64,000 nt of DNA from Podarcis erhardii (Eukaryota). The stretch lies in the NCBI GenBank assembly GCA_964252035.1, contig OZ176204.1; one strand, 5' to 3'. Shown here one piece after another: positions 1 through 12,197 of this stretch; positions within the stretch are counted from its first letter, which is position 1; each line of letters starts with the position of its first letter. Under the pieces are notes generated by a model. That model was not told where the DNA came from, made no database searches, and worked only from the letters and a program-made list of their open reading frames with translations. Both the position numbers and the translations under genes were made by a program.

Positions 1-222
1 GTATGCAACGTTCCTAATATACACATTTCTTCAAAGCATTTCCCTCTAATATAATGCATTTTTGTGTTTTATTTTCACCAATGTGTGCATTTTTGTACAC
101 AATTTTTACTGGTGCATGGCAGTGCAAAATTTGGAAAAGTGCAAATTTCAAAGGATGCTTGTCATTCAGTTTGTGTATTGTTTTGGAAAGCGCAAATTAA
201 GTAGATTTCTCCCTTATCCCTA
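1..222. mobile_element. Degraded AT-rich non-autonomous DNA-transposon-like repeat, truncated by the window start
   Basis: Similar to 9200-9530 (shared aatgcatttttgtg, aaaattt/cggaaaagtgca and terminal a/ctccct motifs). Family not determined. Confidence 0.5.
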
Positions 223-520
223 GTTAACTTCCACTTCTACTCCAGTTACTCCAGCCACTCTGACAAGAGGTGGAGGGGGAATCCATTTCAAACAGATTTA
301 CACACAGAATTTGGTTATTCCGACCCCATCAAGCTTTGCTCACATTGGACCGCCTCTTTATTGAGAGTCCACATGTCTGAGCCACTCAGTTTGCTTTTTT
401 TAGAAAAGCCAGACTAATTAAACACAAAGAATAATATATTTACAAAACACGTGACAGAGTCAAGTCCCATCCTCAAAAGCACATGGATTTCTATCGTCCT
501 CAACTTTATTTGCCAAAACA

Positions 521-655
521 ATAGTTTAAAAGAGTTGAGCATGAGACTCTTAATCTCAGGGTTGGGAGTTCGAGCCCTACATTTTGCAAAAGATTCCTGC
601 ATTACAAGGGATTGGACTAGATTATCCTTGTGTTCCCTTTACAATTCTTATTTTC
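521..655 (+). mobile_element. tRNA-Lys(CTT)-derived SINE with a CR1-type tail, degraded
   Basis: gagcatgagactcttaatctcagggttgggagttcgagccc matches the tRNA-Lys-CTT anticodon and T arms. It is followed by ttcctgcattacaagggattggactagat, the same tail seen inverted in the CR1 at 14656-14880. Confidence 0.75.
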
Positions 656-987
656 TCTCTCTATTCCCGCTTCTCACAAACTCATTAGGCAGGAGGAGAG
701 GTTGCTTGAAAAGAAGCTGGGGAAATCTAGGAATGCAAGCTCAGAAGTGATGTTAGTGTTGACAAAACAGGGATGGGTATAGACTTAGTCTTTTTGTATT
801 GTTTTCCTATAACTAATTTACAGCCCTTTCCTCCCCATCATAGGAAGCCAAATTAAAGATAAATGGCAACAGACTTTTTCCCATAGCCCAGTGGGGTTAA
901 AGAGGAGCTAATAGACCTTTCTTTCCAATTTAGCTCAGGCTGTGCAGATTATTCTCCATGAAAGAACTGGCCTTTCCTAATTTAGAA

Positions 988-1103
988 CAGCTGTCCCCAA
1001 CCAGGTGCCCTCCAGATGTTTTGGACTGTAAATCCCAGGACTCCTAGCAAGTACAGAATGGATGGGAGTGAAACATATGGAGGGCACCTGGTTGGGGAAG
1101 ACT
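988..1103. mobile_element. Hairpin hAT-type MITE, degraded
   Basis: Inverted arms ccccaaccaggtgccctcca / tggagggcacctggttgggg with flanks resembling atttagaa. Confidence 0.7.
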
Positions 1104-2169
1104 TAGAATACGTGCTCTTGGAGAATGCATGCATCAAGAGTCTCACCACCCCCTCCATTTAGCAAGTGTGCTTACAATGGAGCTTGCTTTCAAAGCAATA
1201 CTGCCTTCCCTTTGCCATGGTGATAAAGTTTCCTCATATTTAATTGCTGTTTGAAGAACATTATTGCAGCGAGAGGAATGAAATGGGAACAGTCGGTAAA
1301 TAATAAAGTTTTAATATTTAAAAAGGCTAGTTATTTTTAATTAGAACTTAAAATTCCTCGGGACTCTTCATCAAAGGCAAGCGACACAGGCCCATCTGCA
1401 AATGAACAAGCAAATTCGGAAAAAATATTTTTCACTCACTATGAAGCCAGCACAACTTGCTCTCCTTAGCCTCCCCATCACATGAACAATGGCAAAGGCA
1501 CTTCTAAGGCTGCAATGGATTTTTGGAAGGATTCTTCTTCACAGGGAAATGGGGGCAGGCGTGGGGGAGGTCACATTTTTTTCTAAAAAGAGACAGCAGT
1601 GGGGGTTTCTGCTGGGCATTGCTTGGCAGATTGCATCCTTAAAAGTAGCCATGAGGCCAATCAGTTAAAGGGGGCATTCTGTACACACAATCCACCCCTA
1701 GCAAGATGGCACAGCAGTCTTGAGATGCATATTGTCATCTATAAAATGGCTGTTGCAGCTAATATGCAGCACTATGAATAGTGTGGCTGGACCCTTTGCT
1801 CTTGGCAAAGCAATTGTCAAGAAAGGATTGCACGGAAGGTGACTGCAGTGTGGGGGCCCTTGACAAGCAGGAGCAATGACAGCCCATTTGTGGGGGGCAA
1901 AAATTGAGAACCCAGTTTTGGCTCCATCTCCACTACCTCATTACATAGCTTACTAAATAATACTTGTGGTTCAGCTTTATTTCACTTGTTCTTTGACTCT
2001 TAACTCAAGACCAATTCAGAAAACCCAAAATAGTGTGTTGATCAAGGTTTGAATGGGTCTGTGCACACCGTCTGGCATTTGGTGAGACAGTTGTATGATC
2101 AATTTATCATGGGACATTATATTTCAGCCTGTTTCAAGTCTGGAAGTTGCAGCTTGTACAAAATGCAAT

Positions 2170-2680
2170 GGGTTGATCAACCTAGCAGCACCACTTAACA
2201 CCTGAAAGAGTGGCATTGGCTGTCAATATGTGGCCAAACCAAACTCAAGGTGTTTGTGATGAATTGTAAGGCCCCATACAATTTGGGACTGAAATACTTG
2301 AAGAGTCAACTCCTGCCCCACTCTCCCAATATCAACCAATATCTCCCAAATAAGATCTGCTGTGCAGCTACCCGGGAAAGGAACTTCACAATTTTGGCAC
2401 CCCCATTATGGAACACCCAGTCCCTTGATGTATGGCTGCTGCTGCTGACTCTCATGAGTTTCAATCACCAACAGAAAACCCATCTATTCACATAGGCATT
2501 TTCTGGGCAAGAATACAGTGTTCTTTTCCAATTGTGTTACTATTGCTGTTTTATAGCTGCTATGGTTGCTGTTGGTTTTTTGTCAGACTTTTCTTTATGA
2601 TATTTTGGTGACACTCTTTTACTTTTAAAATAGTTTTATTATACACCCACCATGAGATGGCTTGTCAATGAGGGACAGGT
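2170..2680 (+). mobile_element. Old L2 LINE 3' fragment
   Basis: Degenerate ORF2 C-terminal motifs (HWL..., KLKVFVMNCKA..NLG..YL, APPLWN) comparable to the younger L2 at 48967-49816. Confidence 0.6.
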
Positions 2681-2989
2681 TAAAAATATTCCTAAACTAC
2701 TACTACCACAACTAGTACTCCTACACGATAATAAAAATAATTGTTGCTCTGTGGTGCAGTAACATTCTTAGAGCATAGTAAAAAATAAGTTGAGTTGTGA
2801 GTTGGGACAGATGGTGAAGCAATCATATGACCGTGACATTACGTGGCAAATTCCGCATTGCACACCAATTGATTAGGAGAGCCAGTTTGCAATACTCTAC
2901 TGCGGAAGGTTATATAAAACTTGCAGGCAGGAAGTTGGTGGGGAATAGGGCAGCCATTTAAATCAGCAATACCTAACATGTGTCAATTG

Positions 2990-3146
2990 GGCTATGAACT
3001 AGTCTTGCCTCTTGGTATCTCTTACAGCTCACTGAAAGCATCAACAGTGTGAAACAGCAGCAAGACAAATTCTATGTAAAGAAATCACTAAGAAATTGAT
3101 TGAAAATAAAAATAACAAATCTTGCAATGCCTCTTTATAAACTTGC
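2990..3146 (+). mobile_element. CR1 LINE ORF2 fragment, left part, interrupted by a solo LTR
   Basis: cagtgtgaaacagcag...aaattctatg...gattgaaaataaaa...aatgcctctttataaa resembles the CR1 RT C-terminal region and continues after the LTR. Confidence 0.6.
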
Positions 3147-3907
3147 TGTCAGAGCTGCCTCTAGGTCCCAGCTCACAGAGGACCAACGCCCGGTTGATGT
3201 AATGTACAAGAGTCTTTATTGAAGTTTAGTTTCCATTTCAAACCCCAGAGCGTGCAGCCCTACGTCTTGGCCCTAGACCGGCAAAGTCCCCTCTGAGTCA
3301 CTACCCCTTCCGCACCAGTTTAAGATCCTAGCCCGGCTCCACCTCCTGCGCTGTTCCTTCCTCCTCTGGGTCCTTCTGCCCCCTGGGGTTTCCTCCCTCC
3401 TGGACTCTTCTGACGCTGACCCCCCTGAGTCTTGCCTTTCCTTCCGGCAGGCTTTAGGACCTGGCTCCCTATCCGGGCTACCTGCTGTGCCGCTCGCCTG
3501 TACATTTGAACTTGGCGCGCGCGCCCAGCTGGTGACTTTCCTCTTGACCGTTTCCCCGCTCTCCGATGGAGGCGTGGCCAATCCTGACTCATCTCCTCCC
3601 TCTGGTGGTGAGAAGACTGGTCCCGATGCCTGGGACTCCTCCCCCCCCACTACGCTCTGGTGGGGACGCTGGTCCTGATTTCCAACTGCTGCTCAGGGAG
3701 TCCCCGCTGGCCCCTTCCTTCTGGGGTTTCCCCCTTGGCACCCCCCTTGCCCTGGCCATCGGCGCTCCTCTCTGTGAATCTTCCGATTCGCTGGAGAGAC
3801 TCGTGGAATCTCTCTGACCACTGTCACTGCCTACACCCCCCTCGTACTCCTCCTCCTCACTCTCCATTTGCTCCTTCTCCTGTGTCTCTGCTCCTGAACC
3901 CCTGACA
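3147..3907 (-). mobile_element. Solo LTR, 761 bp, probably Gypsy-like and young
   Basis: TGTCAG...CTGACA termini; perfect 5-bp TSD cttgc at 3142-3146 and 3908-3912; AATAAA on the minus strand at 3221-3216; GC-rich with many intact CpGs. Confidence 0.9.
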
Positions 3908-3912
3908 CTTGC

Positions 3913-4270
3913 ATATATTGCAACCTCCTCAAGAACACTGTTATGCTATCTGATCTCCAAAAATATATATCCTAGAGCTAGAAAAGGTGCAAAATTGGCA
4001 AGCAAAATGATCAAGGGGTTGAAGAACCCTGTGAGAAAAGGCCAAAGCAATCTGGGGAATTTTTAAGTTTAGAAAAATGACAACTAAGGGGATCGTGATA
4101 GAGGTTGTGCATGGTGTGCAGAAAGTGAATAGACTGAGTTTTTTATCCCAATAAAATTTTAGGCGCCAGCTGCCCACTGATATCAGATTGTAAATAGGAC
4201 CAGAGCAAACAAAACAAAGTACTTCTTTACACAACTCATACTTAGCTTAAGGAATTTGCTACAAGAGGAT
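3913..4270 (+). mobile_element. CR1 LINE ORF2 fragment, right part
   Basis: tagagctagaaaaggtgcaaaa...aaaatgatcaagggg...tttagaaaaatgacaactaagggg..tgatagagg matches the CR1 LEKVQ.RA.KMI.G / RGD.IE region. Confidence 0.75.
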
Positions 4271-4276
4271 ACAAGA

Positions 4277-4475
4277 ACATAGCATAAGAAGAATCTTGTT
4301 GGTTCAGACCGAAGGTCTATTTAGTCTGTTCAGTAGGCAGTCAGATACCCTTGGGAAGCCCACAAAGAAGGACACAAGTGCAATGTTCCCCAGCAACTAG
4401 TATTCAGAAACCTACTTTCTCTGATACTGGAGGCAATATAGCTCTTGTGACTAATAGCTGTTGATGAACTTATTC
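4277..4475 (-). mobile_element. CR1-type 3' end, inverted and degraded
   Basis: aacatagcataagaagaatcttgttggttcagacc is the reverse complement of a CR1-type tail. Confidence 0.6.
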
Positions 4476-5929
4476 TGTGTGGTGCCCCCACGCCCAGATA
4501 GGTTTAATAGATGAATTAGACAAAGTTATAGCAGACAGGTCTATCCACCTTTCTTGGTCATGATGGTCTCCATGTTCAGAGGCAGTATATCTCTGAATAC
4601 AGGTTTCTGTGGCACAAATAAGGAGAAGCTGTTGCCTACATGCCATACTTGAGGACTGTCTGTGCTGGAGGAGAGATGGGGAAATATATGCAGGATAAAT
4701 GGCAAACAAGTATGTGTCCTGTACATAACCCTTCCCTGCTCACTGACCACTTTTCCGCTGTAACCCACCCATGTCTTCTCAGACCTGCTTTTGCCCGTAT
4801 CTTAGGAGACAAAAGGTCACATCCACACCATACAGTTAAAGCACATCTACCACTTTAACAGTCACGGCTTCCCCAAAGAGTCCTGGGGAAAATCGAAGGG
4901 AAGGAAAGGACATGCCATGCCTGTGATTTCTTTGTAGGGTACAATTGTTTTTAGCACAATTTGTTAAGAAAGAAACAGATAGCATACTGGGGGTCAATTT
5001 CAATGAAGAGTGAGCTAAAAAAAAACCTATCCACATTTTAAATGACTAATTTAAGCAAAAGAAATATTTCTATCTGATTCAAGCTGACAACCAGCTGAAC
5101 GGTGGCAAAGTAGGAATCTCTTCTTGAAATGTATGTGCCAGATGGGAGTGCTCATTGCTCTGAATCAGAGTCCTGGAGAATCACTGACGTCATCCGTGAA
5201 TCTGCCTCCTGCATTTATTTTCGAATCCCTGCTGGGGATGGGAGTCCACACAGAACCAAGGCAATATAACTTGCGCTTCATTAAACAAGTTAATTTCCTG
5301 TCTGGTCCTCCTGAGACATCAAAGTGTCTCATTTTAAAGCCCACTGATGCATGTGGTGAGGGCTCTGCAGAGACTAATCCTCAGAGTCTTCTAAATGTTC
5401 TTCCCTATACATGCCTCTGGAACTCACTGCCCCTTAAGTCCCTGGTGAGCAGTGGTGCCAGCCTCTTAATTTAATGGTGCACAGAACAATGCTGCTTACC
5501 GACAGTCAATCACCTCTCCACCAGAACGTAGAGCAATGTTTTATATAAGTAACAATGATGCTGATAACTCTAATGTACTATAGAATGAGGTGCTCAAAAT
5601 GGAATCTAAATACAAAAGTCGCAGGCAGCCTCCTTGAGGATCAAAAGGAGTCTCTGGATGCTGGTGAATCCTAATGGCATGAAAACAGTGCTAAACATCC
5701 TGTTTTAATATCCCACCTCTGGAGAGGTGTCTTACGGAGCAAGCGGAACCCCCTCGTTCTGGGATTGAGGAATGTGTGCTAGGTTGTGTGGAACCATCCC
5801 TTTGCCCTTCATTAATCCCAGTTAAGTCAGCCTCCCACTGCCACCCTGATGTGCTTCTCACCCAGTCAATGTAGCACTCGCCCTTGCACCTGCCAAACAC
5901 ACAGGTGAGAGTGAGAGTGGCCGATTTAA

Positions 5930-6200
5930 TTTCCAATTGGAAAGGTGACTTAATTCCTACAAAGCTTGACTGGCAGGTGAAGATGATAGAATACCTGGAA
6001 CTTGTGAAAATGACTGGGAGAATAAGAGGACACTCAAATCAGAAAGTGAGCAAAGAATGGGTAATATTTAAAGAATATTTAGAACAATATTGTGAAAATG
6101 CAAATCTCCTGACAGGTATAGTTTGAATCTTGAATATTAAAGAAAATTATAAACATTAAAAAAAATCTTGATATGTAATAGATATAACAGGAAGTGTGTA
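5930..6200 (+). mobile_element. L1-like LINE 3' fragment (ORF2 C-terminus and A-rich end)
   Basis: ORF 5884-6126 ends ISNWKGDLIPTKLDWQVKMIEYLELVKMTGRIR...KEWVIFKEYLE, typical of the reptile L1 ORF2 tail (WK...P...W ... EW..F..Y). Confidence 0.65.
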
Positions 6201-6346
6201 TGGCTTCAGAATATTTAGAAAGCACAATGAGGTGAATCAGAAGTCAAAAACGTGTGTGATGTTAGATGATGTGTAGTCAATTAATGTTTAGTTGTCATTG
6301 TGGTATTATTTTTGTCTGTTTGTGTAGTATGTTTTGCAATAAATAT

Positions 6347-6350
<4 letters not shown>

Positions 6351-6395
<45 letters not shown>
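6351..6395. repeat. (AG)n microsatellite
   Basis: Direct reading of the sequence. Confidence 0.98.
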
Positions 6396-6398
<3 letters not shown>

Positions 6399-6637
6399 TT
6401 TGGCTGGTGAGGGGCTGAGATGGCCTGGGATCTGTTGGATCCCAAGCTGATTTTACAGCTGTTGTATGATAGCACTGGGCCAATGGCTACAGATGCGGGA
6501 GGGGGCCCACCACTCCATAAATCTTTACAGGCAGTGGTGTAAAGTTTGGATTACAACTCATACAAATGAATGCAGATTCTGCAAATATGCAGGGCAAACA
6601 CCCAGAGCAGTATGGGATTGGAGCATATACAATTAAT

Positions 6638-6770
6638 CAAGGATGGAGAACCTGTGGTCCTTCTGATATTACTGGACTATAGTTCTCATCATCCCTGACC
6701 ATTGGCCATGCTGGCTTGGACCGGAGGAAATCAGGAATACAAATAGTTGTAAAATGGTAGGTCCTCCCAG
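6638..6770. mobile_element. Hairpin hAT-type MITE, degraded
   Basis: ggactatagttctcatcatccctgaccattggccatgctggc core shared with 14704-14841. Confidence 0.65.
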
Positions 6771-8480
6771 GTAGTGCGTGGGCAGAGCAGCAGTGAGCGA
6801 GAAGGGACATTGTTGTTTTTCTCCCTGCAATCTTCTGTAACTGAGTTCCTCTGGAGTCAAAAAATAAGCTTGAAGAAGCAGCTGGGGGAAAGGCTTCAAA
6901 GAAGGCTTCAGAAATTCCTTTCACTGATTTTCATCTTGAAATCAACAGTGTTCTTGAACTATGAAATGATGTGGCTTGGTGGCTGCCATTCTTCTAACTT
7001 GCATTTAGCACAAAGCCTTCTGGGAGGAAAACTTTGGGACTAGACTCAAATTGAAAAGGTCAAGGAAATATAGGCTAAGGTGAGAACACAGAAACATCTT
7101 TACATGATGTATTATGTGACCTGGGACAGAAATCCCAGGCTTGAGGATTGCACAGGTCCTTTTTTTCTGTGCCCTTTGGAACTTCCCCTGGTCTGCCCAC
7201 AGCTCTCCTCAGTCTTAAAGTACCCCTCCCCTTCTGGCCATAGCTTGAACTGAGCTGTGATTAAGAGTACAGAGCTCAGACAAAAGTATGTATCTTAAGG
7301 CAACACAATACACGGCCTATAATACTATGTCCTGATTCTGAATCAAGCTGAGGAGAATCTGTCTTGTCACCACTTGCAATCTCCTTAAGACTGACATGGT
7401 CAATTTTGTTTTCCTACTACTACTCTGTTAAAACTAGAAACAATAGCATCACAAATGTTCCTATCTTAGGACCAGTTTCTCTTTGCCGTTTTTCTTTATG
7501 TGAAATCTTCACTCCTGAAAGGCAGGTGTTACACTTTGCCTCATATTTGAGGTAGCTGCTGGTGGTATTTATAGAGGCATCATAATTGCTGGGGGGTGTT
7601 AATGGTCTAGATTTCTCTGTTGCCAAAATGTGTTAGGCTTTGTAAAACTATTTTTTAAAAAATATTATTGAAACCAGCCTTGAGCATATGGAGAGGTGGA
7701 ACATAGATGTTTTTATCTCCGTTCACAGCTTTTGGAAGAAGTTGCAAAATCTTTTTAATCAGAGATAACAGAGGGATGAAAAAGAAGAGAGCCAGCTCCA
7801 TAGGCAAATGAGCTCAGTCAAGCCACTATCTTTTCAAACTCTCATTATATTCAGGGAGGTTCATGGTCAACTGAACCCAGATCTCCTTGGTCCAAGGATG
7901 GGACATGAGAGATCTGTGATTGGGATCTCTGGTGGTTTACAAACAAGCCAAACAGCTCTGGTGGGGTGGGTGGAAATCAGATCAAGACCATGATATTGGG
8001 GAAAGAGCAGGGTGGGGTGAGTATAGGAGTTATCCCTTCCTCCCTGAGTCATTTCCCCAGTTGGAATACCATTCAACCTGCTATTTCTCCATGTAGTAAT
8101 AAATGCATCTGGTGGCATCTGTACCTTTTCCCCAAGCTTGGAGTGGGAGAACAGTTGCCATGAGAATGGCCAATCCCTCTGAATGAGCAGGGATGTGAAT
8201 GCCTCAGCCATTCATTTACACAGCAATCTGATGTTGCACATTGCATTAATATGATGTCATACATTACAATATTACACTGCAAATAGCATTGGTATATTTT
8301 AATTTGTTTTGTCTTTTATTGCTCAGAAGCCACTTTGGGGAGCCACTGACAGGAAACAACACATGTTTTTATTACTATTAATCATCCTGCCACAGCTGGT
8401 ATTTAAGGCTTTCTTAAAAACAGCAAGAAGCTCCTAATCACGGAGTCACATCAAGTTACATCTAACTTCAGAGTGTAGAC

Positions 8481-8590
8481 TAACCTGCCCCACGTTGGTG
8501 CCTTCCAGTTGTGCTGGACTACATCTCCCATTAGCTGGGGATAATGTTGTAGTCCAAAATATCTGAAGGGCACCAGCTTGTGGAAGGCTG
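8481..8590. mobile_element. Hairpin hAT-type MITE, degraded
   Basis: ggtgccttccag..tggactaca / tgtagtcca..tctgaagggcacc inverted arms. Confidence 0.7.
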
Positions 8591-8953
8591 ATCTGGACAC
8601 AACACATCACATTGGAATTGCCAGTATGTGACACATACAAATCTATTACAATCTATTACAAACCACAGAAAACATTCTTCAGATTAGCTTATGGTTGTAA
8701 TGAAACACCTGAAGGGAGATCCCCCCCCAAAATAATAATAATTGTTTTGGTATGATTAAACTGGCACTCAACTAAACCCAGAAATGGATTTCAGAGGGCT
8801 AGGGGAGAATAATGCTACCAAAATATTTCAGAGGAAGTGAAACAGTTTTAACATTCTTCCCAGTTTTCTGCCAGCTACCTAAATTGATCCTTGTCTTCAC
8901 TGTCTTGTATGTGGGGGTGCAAAAGCTGCACCCCTGAAAGTGGGTGTTTCATA

Positions 8954-9179
8954 CAGTGGTACCTTGGGTTAAGTACTTAATTCTTTCCAGAGGTCCATAC
9001 TTAACCTGAAACTGTTCTTAACCTGAAGCACCACTTTAGCTAATGGGGCCTCCTGCTGCTGCTGCGCCGCCGGAGCACGATTTCTGTTCTCATCCTGAAG
9101 CAAAGTTCTTAACCTGAAGCACTATTTCTGGGTTAGCAGAGTCTGTAACCTGAAGCGTATGTAATACGAGGTACCACTG
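8954..9179 (+). mobile_element. Tc1/mariner-type MITE, family A, 226 bp
   Basis: TIR cagtggtacc...ggtaccactg, flanked by TA on both sides, with reiterated taacctgaag motifs. Confidence 0.9.
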
Positions 9180-9199
9180 TATATATATTTTTCCAATCT

Positions 9200-9530
9200 T
9201 AAGCACGGCTTGCCACATTTCTGCATCTCTTTGTGAATTTTTTATTTAAAAATTATTAAAAGTCCTCACAAATATTTATCAGAATTTTAGTGTGAATTTT
9301 CCGCAACATAAACATTTTTGTCTGTTATTTCCCCCAACATGATGCATTTTTGTGTTTTCTTTTCACTTATATAAGCACTCTAATGCACACTTTCCCCTAA
9401 CACGCCCATTTTTTGTTGTTTGAGAACTGTGTTCCAAAATTCGGAAAAGTGCAGATGTTGGAAGGGCAGCTGCGTTTCACTTCATTAAAGTGCAAAGTGA
9501 AACAAATTTCTTTCTCATCCCTGTTTGATG
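9200..9530. mobile_element. Degraded AT-rich DNA-transposon-like repeat, same family as 1-222
   Basis: Shared motifs with 1-222; ends in tctcatccctg. Confidence 0.5.
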
Positions 9531-12088
9531 CTGGTGATGTAATCCATCTCCTACCAAGGACCCCTTGGAGCTGCTTTGGTGGTACCGTCTCCCTTTTTCT
9601 TGCATCTTTCTCTAGTTCATCAACATGCTTAGCCTTCCTTGCTATATTTGGCTTGGCTTTGCCTGCCATCCGCAGGCAGAGACTCCAATTTATTTATTTA
9701 TTTATCTGCTCCGTCCCCCCCCCAAATAAACCCCCAATACCTCTCCTCAAAATCAAAAGAGAGAAAGGACTGAAAAATGACAAATCATTTCAGAACAGGG
9801 TTTGAGTGGATGTGTGTGCTCAGCTCTTATTTTTACGCTTCCTGCTTTGGGTGAGTGTTCAGGAATTCACTTAGTGAGGTGCTGCTTATTCTTTCCAGTG
9901 GGTGATGTTGACAGTCCAGCATTGCCTTTGTTTACACAGCACATTTAATCCTGGGTTTTTAATTTTTTTTTTTTATCTCTCCACATCCGCTCAGAGAAGA
10001 TGATAATTTTCTGAAATTAAACACTTAGCTTGATTGCTGTTTTGTTAATTGCCACATTCACAAACCCCCCCGGTGCTCCTGCCTGTTTAACATGGATAAT
10101 GCTGCAAAGATGATCGGCATCAAATTGGTGTGCAGGTGGGCGGGCGGTAGTACGGAGGCCTCCTCATCATTGCTCGTTCAGATGGATTGCCCAGCATCAT
10201 TGCACAAAGGGAAAGAATTAATCTGAAGCGGAAATGTCTTTACAAAACCACACAGATGGAAGTTCAAAAGAGGAAACTTGAGAAAGAGATTTCTCACCCT
10301 GTTAGCACTGGGGTGCATGTGAAGAATCTTGCAAACTGGAAGCTGATCATATGTTCTTGGAAGCTCTGATAAATTACCTTACATTTCTATAAAGAACTTG
10401 GTTTTCATAAACGCAAGGGCATCTTATGTAGAATGAATCATGCTTGGATTAGTTTTCACCTGAATAAATATCAATTTCAACGATGATAGAAACACCAATT
10501 ATGCTTTTATTATTTACTTTGAAAGCTTATATCCCACTTTACCCTCACCAATGAACTCAAAGTGACTCACAATGCAAACCTCTTAAAAACACAATAATTG
10601 TTTAGTGGCTTCCCAGCTTTAACAGTCTGATTCTACACCTAAGATTTGGTGCATTCAAAGGCACAGAGTTCAGACTGCCTTGTAGTCCTCACTGAGAATC
10701 ACCCTTGACCTCAGCACAGCAAATGCCTTCAGCACAGCTCTACTAGTGTGTTTATCTTTGCTCCCAGAACAAGGTTGAGATCATGAAAATTTAAGAAGTC
10801 TGCTGGATCTCACCAAGTACACCTATCTAGTCTAGCATCACAGGGCCAGCCAGATCCCATGGAAAGCCTGAAATGGTGTGTGTGCCAAGCTGAACTTTTT
10901 CTATGATTTATTTCTGTAGTTCAGCAAAGTTGGCATAATGGATATAGCAAACTTTATTGACCCTCGTGCAAGTCTTTATCCTGAACATCTCCTGGAAGGC
11001 TTCCAGACCTTCTTAATATTTTATGTAAAGATCAGCACAGGCATCTGGTGTTACCAGCAAAATATAATTAATATCTCCTGTAAAAAAGAATGAGCTCCAC
11101 ATATTTAATAGTAAGATAAACTTAGAACTCAGGAAACAAACAAAGATTACCAGTTTAGACATTTCCCACTAGGATTATATTCTTTTGACTACCAAATGAG
11201 CAAAGTAAACAAAATGGGATAGAGATAGGAATGTAGCAGGAAAAAAAAATGAAACAAATGACTATACGGCCTAAGAAAGATCACTCATCTGATTAGCCCC
11301 CTCCTAATTCCACTGGGAACGACTGGCTCAGAATAGTGCTCAAACCCCAGATGAATAGTGTGTTTTGACTCCATTTTACTTTTACAAAGGTTACTGGCCA
11401 CTTTGAGAAATGTTAATCTTTCTGAATTTTCTTTTTTAAATAAAAAAAAAATTTGTAACAGCAGGTAGTACTGGTTCCTGGGTTTGCAGCTGCAGGACAA
11501 GGAGTCTCCAGAGACTGGTGAGGGGACCCCTACTGCAGCATGGGACACACTTGGTATCCGATGTTGCTGACACCTTCCTTAACAAATGAGGTATTTTTAT
11601 CACAGGGGTTTGGGCTAATATTGTGATATTTAACACGCACACTGGCACCTTGAGCTATTTATGGGGAAAGCGCCTTGCTTTCTCTTATTACGAACCTGTT
11701 TTGAAAGTTTCCCTATGTGAAATTAAACCTTCTCACATCCAGCAGGTGAAGTGATATCTTGTGACTATATACTGGTTGACTGGTCTTCAGGGGAATGCAC
11801 AGGTGTGTCTAGCTAAGGCACGATTCTTTTGTCAATTCCATTTCTACATTTTGTGCTTCAGAATGGCAATATGTGACAACGGTCAAAGCATGGTTAGGAG
11901 CCTTTTTCACAAGTGAGCAGCCAACTTGGCAATTCAATACATGGAGGGATAGTATTTTAAATTCTAGCTTTTGAAGTGGTCAACTTGGCCAATAAATTAA
12001 TGCCATCAAGCTATAAGGACAGATTTTCTTCACAATGAAAGACAAAGTATTATAAATTGCATCCATACATTTGCGTGGCAGCTGCACA

Positions 12089-12197
12089 GTGGCAGTGGGA
12101 GGCTCCATTAGCTAAAGTGGTGCTTCAGGTTAAGAACAGTTTCAGGTTAAGAACGGACCTCCAGAACCAATTAAGTTCTTAACCTGAGGTACCACTG
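12089..12197 (-). mobile_element. Tc1/mariner-type MITE family A, half copy, inverted
   Basis: ccattagctaaagtggtgcttcaggttaag...gaggtaccactg followed by TA; reverse complement of the first half of 8954-9179. Confidence 0.85.

Noticed and set aside
523-590. Functional tRNA-Lys gene
   Set aside because: The acceptor stem and D arm are degraded and the sequence runs into a CR1-type tail, so it is a SINE head.
3320-3905. Other overlapping ORFs on both strands in the LTR (3320-3592, 3487-3678, 3566-3817, 3660-3905)
   Set aside because: Expected by-products of GC-rich, stop-poor sequence; no start context or recognisable domains.
7790-8200. Possible additional LTR (AATAAA at 8098-8103)
   Set aside because: No TG...CA termini or TSD found.
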